Made by a program: the position numbers and the translations under genes. The notes under the pieces were generated by a model, which did not search any database, was not told where the DNA came from, and worked only from the letters and a program-made list of their open reading frames with translations. Shown here piece after piece: positions 1 through 10,900 of a DNA stretch of 64,000 nt. The stretch's first letter is position 1, and each line of letters opens with the position of its first letter. This DNA is from Macrostomum lignano (Eukaryota): positions 62,001 through 126,000 of the forward strand of contig NIVC01001151.1 of assembly GCA_002269645.1 (NCBI GenBank). The letters run 5' to 3'.

Positions 1-1696
1 TTCCCCCCGTAAGCCTTGACATGTCATTGATGCCCTCCATAAACCTTGGAATCTGAAAAATCCACTGTTAACCTTGAAACCTGCTAAAAACTAACCCTCA
101 ACCCAAACCTGACCTAAACCTAACTTTAACCCAAACTAAAGCCTTGACAAAATTCATAAACATCCAAGTTATCAATGTGACAATCTAGGTTTTTGCAAGA
201 GACAATGTGTAAAATTGCACCTTGTACCTAATTCAGGGTATAATTTTAAGGCTCAGAGTGCAATTTCTCTTATATAAAAAACTAGGATTATAGATAGGCC
301 TATCTATAAATATTTTCTTATATTAAAAATATGCATTGACCTATTGTCTTATTTTTAAAAATCTTATTCTAAGGCAAATAAGGCTTAAAAGGAAAATAAG
401 TTGTAAGACTGCATTTAAACCATTCCAACCTTTTAAATTTCAAGGTACAATTTCAAAATTCAGGGTATATATATCTAAATATATTAAATCTCTAAGTAAT
501 ATACTCTATGCACAAAAAACCCACATTGACAATCAAATTAATGAATTTGGCTACATCTACCTTATTATATATTATTAACAACAATATATATTAAACCAAA
601 GCAACAAAAATCTTAGGGCCTACCTTTTTATACTATTGATGGATTTGATAGATTTGGTAACTTTTAAAATTTAATATCTAATCTATAACTAATTTAGTTA
701 TTTGACTATACATTATTGACTATTGCTAGGCCTATAAATCCAAATATACTATATCTCTAAGGTTTGTATGCTTGATTGATTGATTGAAAATCTATAAAGC
801 TCTAGAGATTGCAATATATTGCTAAAGATTGAAAGACAAAACTTATTATAAAGGCAAAATAACAAAGGCAAATTACATATATTTGTATATTTGATATATT
901 GTATATTGCCACCTTGAAATTCAAAAAGTGCAATAGAAATATCTTACTTCTATTAAAATAGTATATTAATATGGTATTATTATATAGGCTTATATTGATT
1001 GTCCTATAGTTTTTTTATGTTAAGTTTCATATTTTATTGCAATGATAGCATATGAAATATATAACCATAATGTAAATTTTAAGTTGGTCAAAACTTAGTC
1101 TTAGCTTTTATTTCATTGTTTTATTTTTTTAGTTCATTTTCCAAATCATGTTACCTTTAAGATATCTAATACAAAATTCTTTTAACTATAATATTTAACT
1201 ATAGAATAATCTTATAAGTTTTTTCTTTATTATCTATAAAGTAAATATTTAAATATATATTTGAATCTATAAATATATAAGGTTATATATAACCTATGAT
1301 TGTATACTATAATATCCGGGAACATTTGTAGCAATGGATGACTATAATAAAACTAAAACAATTGATAGATTAATAAACTATAAAATAAAATAAACTATAT
1401 TTTTAGGCTTTTGTTATTATTGAATTTTATGAAAAACTTGGTCATACTAGCCATTTAATATAACAAGGCTGTGCATGTATGATTTAACTTATTTGTTGTC
1501 TTAAGCAATTGTTAAAATTATATAATATACCAGTGTAGTCTTACTATACTGGTTCTTACCATAGTCAAAGCTTGCCTAAAACAAGTAACCCATGTATTTA
1601 CAATAGACAATAAACATTTACAATGGTAAGTAATGAACAATAAGAATTTAGATTTTGATTTCTTACAATTTTTTATATTGATTTATTTGCCACTCA

Positions 1697-2977
1697 TTGA
1701 AGCATCCAGCATCTGCCAGTGTCACTTGGTGCCCAGCCATCAATCAATTTTTGGTGTGGGACGCCAGTTCAGCGCAATGGCTGAGACAGGCCAGAGTCCT
1801 TGCTGTCCCTGTTGGCACATTGCCGCGCTGTCCGCGTCAGAATCGGTGTCTTTACCTGCCCTGTGCGCTAACAGCCGAACAGGCAGCTATTGCTGCTGAA
1901 GAATTGCAATCTGACATTCGATTCAGCTGTCAGACTGCTTGTCCTGACCATCCGGCTGACTCCGCCACCATCGCTGAGTATGCCAGGCAGCGTGAACAGA
2001 ATTACAGTGAAGCTACAGAAGTTCTGTTAGCCAGGCGTAGGCTGAGGATGACGCCTCACGCGGCTAAGATTGCGGCCGGACGAGCTGTTAAAAGGCGTAG
2101 ACAGGAGCAGAAAATGGAGCACCAAACCGGAAGTAACAAGTTAAAAGAACAGAAAACTGAAGTTGAAGCAAAACAACAAACTGTTTCGAAAATGGAAGTT
2201 AAAGAAAGCCATAAACTCTTGGAAACAAAACCGGAAGTTGAAGGAAACCAAATGCTTGGCGTGGAAGCAAAACCGGAAGTTAAAGGAAACCAAATGCTTG
2301 GCGTGGAAGCGAAACCAGAAATTGAAGGAAACCAACTGCTAGGCGTGGAAGCAAAACCGGAAGTTGAAGAAAACCAAACTGCTATTGAAGAACCGGAAGT
2401 TGATCTAGAAGCGGAAGCTTTAGCCGAAGGTCTTCCAACCTTAGATAGGGTTCCAATTCACCTGCCGACTCGAACCCCGGACTCTTGGCTTCGAAGAGGC
2501 GAACTTCTGCCCGATGACTGCGGCGCTGTGCCATCATCGCCGCCAGAAACGGCGCGCAACCGGCTTCGCTTAAACGTTTGGCGCCAATTATGGCGCCTAG
2601 GCTACTATCTGACTAGCGGCGCCGCTAATTTTGGCGCCGATTTCCTGCTCTACCAGGGCGAGCCGTTGCGCTATCACGCCACGCATCTTGTCCTGTGCTG
2701 CCCGTCTGGCTCACTGCCTCCACCTCGGTCGCTCACCTGTCACCTGCGAGTGGCTAACGATGCAAAGAAATTGCTATTGATTGCCCTGCCGGTTGATGAC
2801 GGCGCAGGCGCGGCATTTCGCGTGTTCGCCTGGCGCAGAGGCGAAGCTGTGGAGTTGGAGTTGGGCAGCGAGCGGGAGCGAGACGCTTTGGATGCCATGG
2901 AGGTGGCGGCTGCAGCTGCTGCAACTGACGGACGGCTGAATGAGATGGACTGCGATGATGAGGAAGAGGATCTTTGA
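1697..2977 (+). CDS. TSEN34: tRNA-splicing endonuclease catalytic subunit Sen34 (5' end/ATG exon not identified)
   Basis: N-terminal FLVWD...VGTLPRCPRQN..L.LP and C-terminal WRLGYYLTSGAANFGADFLLYQGEPLRYHA...AKKLLL match Sen34, with the Tyr/His/Lys triad present. The ORF opens on TTG, so a short upstream ATG exon is probable. Confidence 0.85.
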   Translation: MKHPASASVTWCPAINQFLVWDASSAQWLRQARVLAVPVGTLPRCPRQNRCLYLPCALTAEQAAIAAEELQSDIRFSCQTACPDHPADSATIAEYARQREQNYSEATEVLLARRRLRMTPHAAKIAAGRAVKRRRQEQKMEHQTGSNKLKEQKTEVEAKQQTVSKMEVKESHKLLETKPEVEGNQMLGVEAKPEVKGNQMLGVEAKPEIEGNQLLGVEAKPEVEENQTAIEEPEVDLEAEALAEGLPTLDRVPIHLPTRTPDSWLRRGELLPDDCGAVPSSPPETARNRLRLNVWRQLWRLGYYLTSGAANFGADFLLYQGEPLRYHATHLVLCCPSGSLPPPRSLTCHLRVANDAKKLLLIALPVDDGAGAAFRVFAWRRGEAVELELGSERERDALDAMEVAAAAAATDGRLNEMDCDDEEEDL

Positions 2978-3029
2978 GTTGGAGTTGCCTAAGATATTTT
3001 GCCGCTGTTCACTAATTATTTGATTTCTT

Positions 3030-3495
3030 CCGATCCGCTCTCTACCCAGTGTTCTACTCATCTGATCCGCTCTCTACCCAGTGTTCTACTCTGATCTGCT
3101 CTCTACCCAGTGTTCTACTCTGATCTGCTCTCTACCCAGTGTTCTACTCATCTGATCCGCTCTCTACCCAGTGTTCTACTCATCCGATCCGCCCTCTACC
3201 CAGTGTTCTACTCATCTGATCCGCTCTCTACCCAGTGTTCTACTCATCCGATCCGCCCTCTACCCAGTGTTCTACTAATATCTGATCCGCTCTCTACCCA
3301 GTGTTCTACTCATCTGATCCACTCTCTACCCAGTGTTCTACTCATCTGATCCGCTCTCTACCCAATGTTCTACTCATCCGATCCGCTCTCTACCCAGTGT
3401 TCTACTCATCTGATACGCTCTCTACCCAGTGTTCTACTCATCTGATCCACTCTCTACCCAGTGTTCTACTCATCTGATCCGCTCTCTACCCATTG
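3030..3495. repeat. ~32-bp minisatellite (TCTGATCCGCTCTCTACCCAGTGTTCTACTCA)n
   Basis: About 14 near-identical tandem units just downstream of TSEN34. Confidence 0.95.
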
Positions 3496-3828
3496 TGAAC
3501 TTCGTAAAGTGCATTTATGATTAATGTTTTCTTGCTTGAGGACAGTGTCTGTCAAATCTTCATTGTTGGTCAAGTGTTGTAACACTCACTGCAAATGCAA
3601 TACACTTGTCGCATTTTATAATTGGCAAAAAAATTGCCAGTATCTGTAATGAGCGATTGTTTTTACTTTATTTTGTTCTCTAACGGAAAGAATAAATAAT
3701 GTTTTTCATTACCTATTGTCAGCATTGTTGCTAACTTTTAAAAATTCTATCCCAATTTATGTTTGAATACAAAAAGTCTTTTCCTTTGTCTCGAACAAAA
3801 GATCCGAAGATCAACTAAACCAGTTTCC

Positions 3829-6217
3829 ATGGCAACCAACCTCACTTCCGTTGTCGGCCTGCCGCCCGGCTGGAAGCGCGAGGAGTCGCTGAAGCAGTCC
3901 GGTTTGTCCTCGGGCAAGACCGAAGTCTATTATGTCAGCCCCGGCGGCAGGAAGCTGCGAAACCGGGTGGAACTGCAGAGAGCTCTGGGCGATCGATACG
4001 ATCTCAGTAATTTCGACTGGCGCACAGGCAGGTTTCACCCCTATGCTAGGCCTCAGCAACACCAGCACCAGCATCATCACCAGCATCATCAACAGGCTTC
4101 GTTACAGTCGGCTGGTCGGATAAAGACTCCAGCCGACATGCTCTCGTCTGCTGCCGCCGCTGCTGCTGCTGCCGCGGCCGCCGCCGCTGCCACCACTTCG
4201 CAGGCAACCAGTTCGCGATCTGGCGCAGGCGCCGGCTCTTCGGCCTCCAGCCGGGCAGTCACGGATCCGTCGTTGCGATTGCCGGTCAGACAGACCGCTT
4301 CTATGCTGAGGCAGTCGGTGAGTGGCTTTTGCAGCTGATTGCGTTATGGCTATGAGATATGTTGCTTGTAGAAATTGCAAATGCTGACTCAAATTCTGAC
4401 CAACTGCTGACCTACATGCTGACCTACATGCTGACCCAAATGCTGACTTAAATGCTGACCCAAATGCTGACCTACATGCTGACACAAATGCTGACTCAAG
4501 TGCTGACCTACTGCTGACCCAAATGCTGACCCAAATTCTGACTCAAGTGCTGACCTACATGCTGACTCAAATGCTGACCCACTGCTGACCTACATGCTGA
4601 CCCAAATGCTGACTCAAATGCTGACCCAAATGCTGACTCAAATGCTGACCCAAATGCTGACTCAAATGCTGATCCAAATGCTGACTCAAATGCTGACCCA
4701 AATGCTGACTCAAATGCTGACCCAAATGCTGAATCAAATGCTGACCTACATGCTGTCCTACACGCTGACCCAAATGTTGACTCAAATGCTGACCCACTGC
4801 TGACCTACATGCTGACACAAATGCTGACTCAAGTGCTGATCTACATGCTGACCCAAATGCTGACCTACACGCTGACCCAAATGCTGACTCAAATGCTGAC
4901 CCACTGCTGACCTACATGCTGACCAAATGCTGACTCAAATGCTGACTCAAATGCTGACCTACTGCTGACCTACATGCTGACCCAAATGCTGACTCAAATG
5001 CTGACCCAAATGCTGACTCAAATGCTGACCCAAATGCTGACTCAAATGCTGATCCAAATGCTGACTCAAATGCTGACCCAAATGCTGACTCAAATGCTGA
5101 CCCAAATGCTGAATCAAATGCTGACCTACATGCTGTCCTACACGCTGACCCAAATGTTGACTCAAATGCTGACCCACTGCTGACCTACATGCTGACACAA
5201 ATGCTGACTCAAGTGCTGATCTACATGCTGACCCAAATGCTGACCTACACGCTGACCCAAATGCTGACTCAAATGCTGACCCACTGCTGACCTACATGCT
5301 GACCAAATGCTGACTCAAATGCTGACTCAAATGCTGACCTACATGCTGACCCACATGCTGACCCATGAACTGATCCTTTATGCCTGACCCATGAACTGAT
5401 CCCTTATGCCTGACCCATGAACTGATCCCTTATGCCTGACCCATGAACTGATCCCATATGCCTGACCCATGAACTGATCCCATATGCCTGACCCATGAAC
5501 TGATCCCATATGCCTGACCCATGAACTGATCCCATATGCCTGACCCATGAACTGATCCCATATGCCTGACCCATGAACTGATCCCATATGCCTGACCCAT
5601 GAACTGATCCCATATGCCTGACCCATGAACTGATCCCATATGCCTGACCCATGAACTGATCCCATATGCCTGACCCATGAACTGATCCCATATGCCTGAC
5701 CCATGAACTGATCCCATATGCCTGACCCACATGCTGACTCACGCACCCGCAGGTGGAGCTGGTCCGCGGCCACCCAGACAGCCGGCGCAACGATCTGCAG
5801 CACGGGCCCAAAGACCGGCCCCGCCAGCTATTCTATCACAAGCGATTCGACAATCTGCGTGCCTGCGACCCGGACACGGGCGAGCCCAGTCCGGAGATTG
5901 GCCTGCCGAAGCACCTGCAACCGGCCGGTGGCGGCCCGGTCACCGGCACCGACCAGCTGGTGCTCAGCGTTGCCGACTGTCTCAGCAGTGTCGGCGGTGG
6001 CCACTCCGGCGCTGTAGCCGTTGTCGGCCAGCAGAACTGCAAAGCATTCGAAAAGAATCCACACGTGTCCGTGAACCCGGACCAGCCGCTGGTTCGCTAT
6101 CATCTGGTGTCTGACGACGAGGTCCGCCAGCAGGAGGCCGTGGTGCGCGAGGCTCGTCGAAGGCTGGCCTTGGCCCTGCGGCTATTCAAAGCTGGCAGGG
6201 AGGCTTCGGCAGCTTAA
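3829..6217 (+). CDS. MBD2/3: Methyl-CpG-binding domain protein 2/3; exons 3829-4317 and 5753-6217
   Basis: MBD: LPPGWKREE..KQSGLSSGKTEVYYVSPGG.K.R....L...DLSNFDWRTGR. Then LPVRQTAS, PRQLF, EKNPHV..N.DQPL and the C-terminal coiled coil VSDDEVRQQE..VREARRRL. Phase-0 GT-AG intron 4318-5752. Confidence 0.92.
4380..5360. repeat. 12-bp minisatellite (ATGCTGACYCAA)n with a ~380-bp higher-order duplication
   Basis: In the MBD2/3 intron. Identical repeat-derived ORFs at 4594-4803 and 4974-5183 show a 380-bp period. Confidence 0.95.
5361..5735. repeat. 26-bp minisatellite (CTGACCCATGAACTGATCCCATATGC)n
   Basis: Tandem units abut the 12-bp array and end just before the exon-2 acceptor. Confidence 0.95.
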
Positions 6218-6240
6218 TGGACTCGCTTTGTTCTTGTATT

Positions 6241-6700
6241 GGTTGCTAAGCAACGGGTTAGTTTGCTTAGCAACGGGTTAGTTTGCTTAGCAACGGGTTA
6301 GTTTGCTTAGCAACGGGTTAGTTTGCTTAGCAACGGGTTAGTTTGCTTAGCAACGGGTTATTTTGCTTAGCAACGGGTTAGTTTGCTTAGCAACGGGTTA
6401 GTTTGCTTAGCAACGGGTTAGTTTGCTTAGCAACGGGTTAGTTTGCTTAGCAACGGGTTAGTTTGCTTAGCAACGGGTTAGTTTGCTTAGCAACGGGTTA
6501 GTTTGCTTAGCAACGGGTTAGTTTGCTTAGCAACGGGTTAGTTTGCTTAGCAACGGGTTAGTTTGCTTAGCAACGGGTTAGTTTGCTTAGCAACGGGTTA
6601 GTTTGCTTAGCAACGGGTTAGTTTGCTTAGCAACGGGTTAGTTTGCTTAGCAACGGGTTAGTTTGCTAAGAAACGGGTTGGTTTGCTTAGCAACGTTTAT
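6241..6700. repeat. 20-bp minisatellite (GGGTTAGTTTGCTTAGCAAC)n
   Basis: About 23 nearly perfect units starting ~25 bp after the MBD2/3 stop codon. Confidence 0.97.
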
Positions 6701-7479
6701 GCTTAGTTTGCATGGCAATTGGCAAATAGAGATGTTATTTAGGAACTGTAGAAGTGAAAAATTCATTCTTGTACCAGCTTTCTCTGTCTGGCTCTCTAGC
6801 CTACCAGCATCCTTCATCCCGTCTTATGCCTTCAGTTATGTTTTTTTGCGTCTGTCTGTCCTGCGTCCTTTTAGCAAGGTTTTGTGTACATAATTTTGTC
6901 ATTTGGGGTTTCACTTATATAATACTGCTTGTACATGTACCGTAATGTGCGAAGCTAATACCGACATCAAGTTAATGTTAATTGTCTATTATTGTTGTGT
7001 GTCTATAAAAAGTACAAAATTAATCTGCCCTTATCCGCTATGGAGCTCATTATTCCCTAAGCTGTTGCTTATAAGCAAAAATTTCCTTAGCAAATTTATC
7101 TGTAGTATATTACTTATATAAGTAGCTATGTTTGCTTCCCAGTGAATTTAATACGCCGTTTGCTTATGGTTCATTCAGAATTGGCAATTATAAGGTCATA
7201 ATTTCATGCTGACTTTTTTGTTTAAACTAACAATGTTAATAAAACTGTGTAAGTTATCGCGCTAGCTGTTCCCGCGAAAATGAAAATTATAATTCTGAAT
7301 TCTGGATAAATGGCGTTTCGTGTTGTTCTTTATTTATGCTTGGTATATATGATCTAGTCAGTTAGAACTGTATGCTCAGGTTGATTGCTTGTGGTGGATT
7401 TTTAAAAAAAATATGGGGAGTATTCTTAAACACACTCTTAGCTCAAGAGTCTACACTGTCTAATCTTCATCTGAGCCCT

Positions 7480-7780
7480 TCCCTCACCTTCTCTTATCTT
7501 GCTCTCCCTCCCTTCCCCTCTCCGTCTCCCTCTCCCCCTCTCTATCTCCCTCCCCCCTCTGTCTCCTCTCCCCCTCTCTATCTCCCTCCCCCCTCTCCGT
7601 CTCCCTCCCCCGCTGTCTCCCCCTCCCCTCCATCTCCCTCCCCCTCCCACCCTCCGTCTACCTCACCCTCCTCCCTCTCCCACTCCCCGCGCCGTCTCCT
7701 CTCTTCCCTTTTCTCCCTCTCCCTCTCCTTCCCTCCTTCTCTGCCTTTCTCCCCGTCTAACCCTTTCTCTCTTTCCCTCT
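7480..7780. repeat. CT-rich low-complexity tract
   Basis: Polypyrimidine run (CTCCC/CTCT), source of spurious Pro/Ser ORFs. Confidence 0.9.
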
Positions 7781-7999
7781 GCCAAGATCAATCGAGCAAG
7801 CAAAAAACTTTCTTTTCTTAAAAACTTCTTGACGTCTCCAGTATGTGCGCATAAAAAAGTTGCCATGCACCTGCATGATAGGAAGTTGATTTACAAGCTG
7901 ACAATTTATGGTGCTATAAAGAGGAACTGAGAGATACAATACAAGCTAAACCTGTTATTTTCCCGCACCTGGTGACCCCAGCCTGACTATCGGTTCTCC

Positions 8000-10900
8000 A
8001 TGGACCAGGTGATCCCAGGCCTGTGGCTTGGCGGTCGCAACGCGGCCAAGAATGCTCAAGTGCTCCGATCCAGACGGGTCAGCCGCGTTCTAACAGTGGA
8101 CGATTTGAACCTGCCAGACCGGCTGTTGGAGCAGTTTGACGATGGAGCGCATCGGTTTGTTCGGCTTGAGGATCACGCCAGGGAGGACCTGCTGGACCGG
8201 CTGCAGGAGTGCCTGCAGTTTATTGGCGAAGCCTTGGAAGGCGAGCACAATGTACTGGTGCACTGGTGCGCGCACTCTGCTGGCTCTGGACGGGAAAAGC
8301 TGGGGGGGGGGGGGGTTGCTGGGAAAATCGCACAAAATATCCAGCTGCTGAGTTCGCTAGCTGGATGATGCTGATATGCTGATGGGTTGTCTAGGAGGGT
8401 GTGATTAAACCCAGGGGCGTCGCCACCGGAGGGGGACAGAGGGGCATGTCCCACCCAGTAAAAGCTATGGGGGGGACATGCCAATGCTTTTCCCCCCCCA
8501 CCCCCACCTTGTTGACCCGTTACGTTATGGAAATCAATAATTTTGCTTCAGGGCGACAAAACATAACGCCTGCAGCACCAAAATGAGTGCCTGCAGCACC
8601 AAAATGAGTGCCTGCAGCGCCAAAATGAGTGCCTGCAGCACCAAAATGAGTGCCTGCAGCGCCAAAATGAGTGCCTGCAGCACTAAAATGTGTGTCTGCG
8701 GCGCTAAAATGGGGCCTGCGGCGCTAAAATGAGTGCCTGCAGCACTAAAATGAGTGCCTGCAGCGCCAAAATGAGTGCCTGCGGCGCCAAAATAAGTGCC
8801 TGCAGCAACAAAATGAGTGCCTGCGGCGCCAAAATGAGTGCCTGCGGCGCCAAATGAGTGCCTGCAGCACCAAAATGAGTGCCTGCAGCAACAAAATGAG
8901 TGCCTGCGGCGCCAAAATGAGTGCCTGCGGCGCCAAAATGAGTGCCTGCGGCGCCAAAATGATTGATGACAACACCGATTCGAAAATAATGTACATGTAG
9001 GAATTTAGTCATGTACATGTAGAATACTGTCCCCCCACCATAAAATCCATGGCGACGCCCCTGATGAAACCTTTAATTCCTAATAGTACGATTTCTTGCA
9101 AATAGTTGCGTTGGAGTAAAGATATTCTATTAGTAACATCCTTTTAAGACAAAAAGTACACTAAACATACATAGATAGGGACAACTGCAAGTTTTTCAAA
9201 ACCTTGTCACTAAACCATCTCTTGATCAAGCAAAAGCTTGGAAGATACTCGTAAGGGGGAGTTCTAAAGTGATGAAACCTTAGCGTAGAGGGGATAATGC
9301 TAATGTAGAGAGGAATGTACAGATTTATTCGGCTAGCATGACAACAGCTCTGGCTCTCGTGCCACAACCTCCTGAGTGGCCTGCAATTATTTTTATTAGT
9401 GTACAATGTACATCGTCTAATAACGATGTCGACATTGTCTCCCAACCTCGCGTACACACGCTCACACAGGGTCCATCATGTGTGAGAATCGCACGACAAA
9501 TCTTCTCCAAGGGCTACTCAAGTAGAAGCTTGACGGGAAACCTCGTTTCCAGGGAAAATTGTAGAAGGCAGGTTTTCCGAAAAAATACACTACGGAGATA
9601 GGGGTGTTCATTTTTGCTGCACAAAAATTGTTAATAGCTTTCGATAGGAGGCAGACCCAATGTTCGTCTTTTGATATGTTGTGCTTTTCTTAATTACAGC
9701 TCTATTTGATATTCATAAAGTTTTTCGTTCAGAAAATTAGGATTCTATGTTATTTTTTCTACATACAATTGCACATGTCCTGTTTAAAAACCATTAAAAA
9801 GGCGTGGCTTAGCTCATTGGTTTTATAAATCCATTTTTATCATTCTTAGCTGACTGTGTAACAATATGTGTAACAGAGATGATGAAATAGATTCATAAAA
9901 CCAGAGTCGAGCTGTGCCATGCATTGTTATGATTATCAATAGAGCTGTAAGAAAGGCACAACATATCAAAAGATGAACATTGGGTCTGCATGCCTCCTAT
10001 CGAAAACAATAACAGTTTTTGTGCTGAAAAAATGAAAACCTCCTATCTCCGTAGTGTATTTTTTTGGAAAGGCCTGCCTTCTACAATTTTCCAGGAAACG
10101 AGATTTCCCTTAAGCTTCTACTTAAGTAGTCCTTGTGGTGTCCTTGCAAATCCGCTAGCCTATTTTCGTGTACGCAAGCCCCAACTCGGACCAAGGGCCT
10201 CGGAGCGAGAGTCGGAAGTGCTTGCCGCTGAGCTGACCGATCAATCAATCTCAACCATTCCAGTCGGGTGGGCGTCTCTCGCAGCGCATCTGTCGTCATC
10301 GCTTACCTGATGCAGAGTCGGCAGCTGGCCTTTCAATCGGCTTATGATTTGGTCAAAGCAGGCCGGCCTGTGATTGGGTGAGTCTGGCCGTGTTAGCTTT
10401 GCTCAGAGTTCACCAGACCAACCTGTTTCAAAATTCCTTCTCTGCAGACCAAACGACGGTTTTGTAGAACAGCTGCGTCTGTTTGAGCAGATGGGCTGTC
10501 AAGTTGACAAAGACCACGCCGGCTACAAAGAGTTAGTAGAGCGGCTGAAAGAGGAGACTGCAATTTTGGAGAATTCTAAACTACCTGCTCCATCGCCTCG
10601 CCAGGGTGACTTAAGTTAGTGACTCAAGTGACTCAAAAATGATTTTCATTTTTTTTTTAAAACTGCAATATGATTTCTGTGCTTTTTATTGTTTTTCACG
10701 AGTATAAATACATGTACATATATTGTCTGTTGATATCTAAGGGAGCGGTACACCTCTACAGGTAAGGAGGCAATTAAAGTTTAATTGTCACTTATTTTCA
10801 GAGTCACGTGATTTTCCGACCGTGCATTGCTTTTTATCTGCAGGTACTTATTTTTTATTAGAGGCAGGGGGTTGTGTGCACCCTGGCGCACTTTAAGCGA

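Noticed and set aside
336-1600. Short AT-rich ORFs (also 47524-47781, 53227-53655 and 60570-60839)
   Set aside because: Low-complexity AT-rich translations, alternative start codons, and no homology cues.
7372-7930. Pro/Ser-rich ORFs
   Set aside because: They arise from a CT-rich low-complexity tract.
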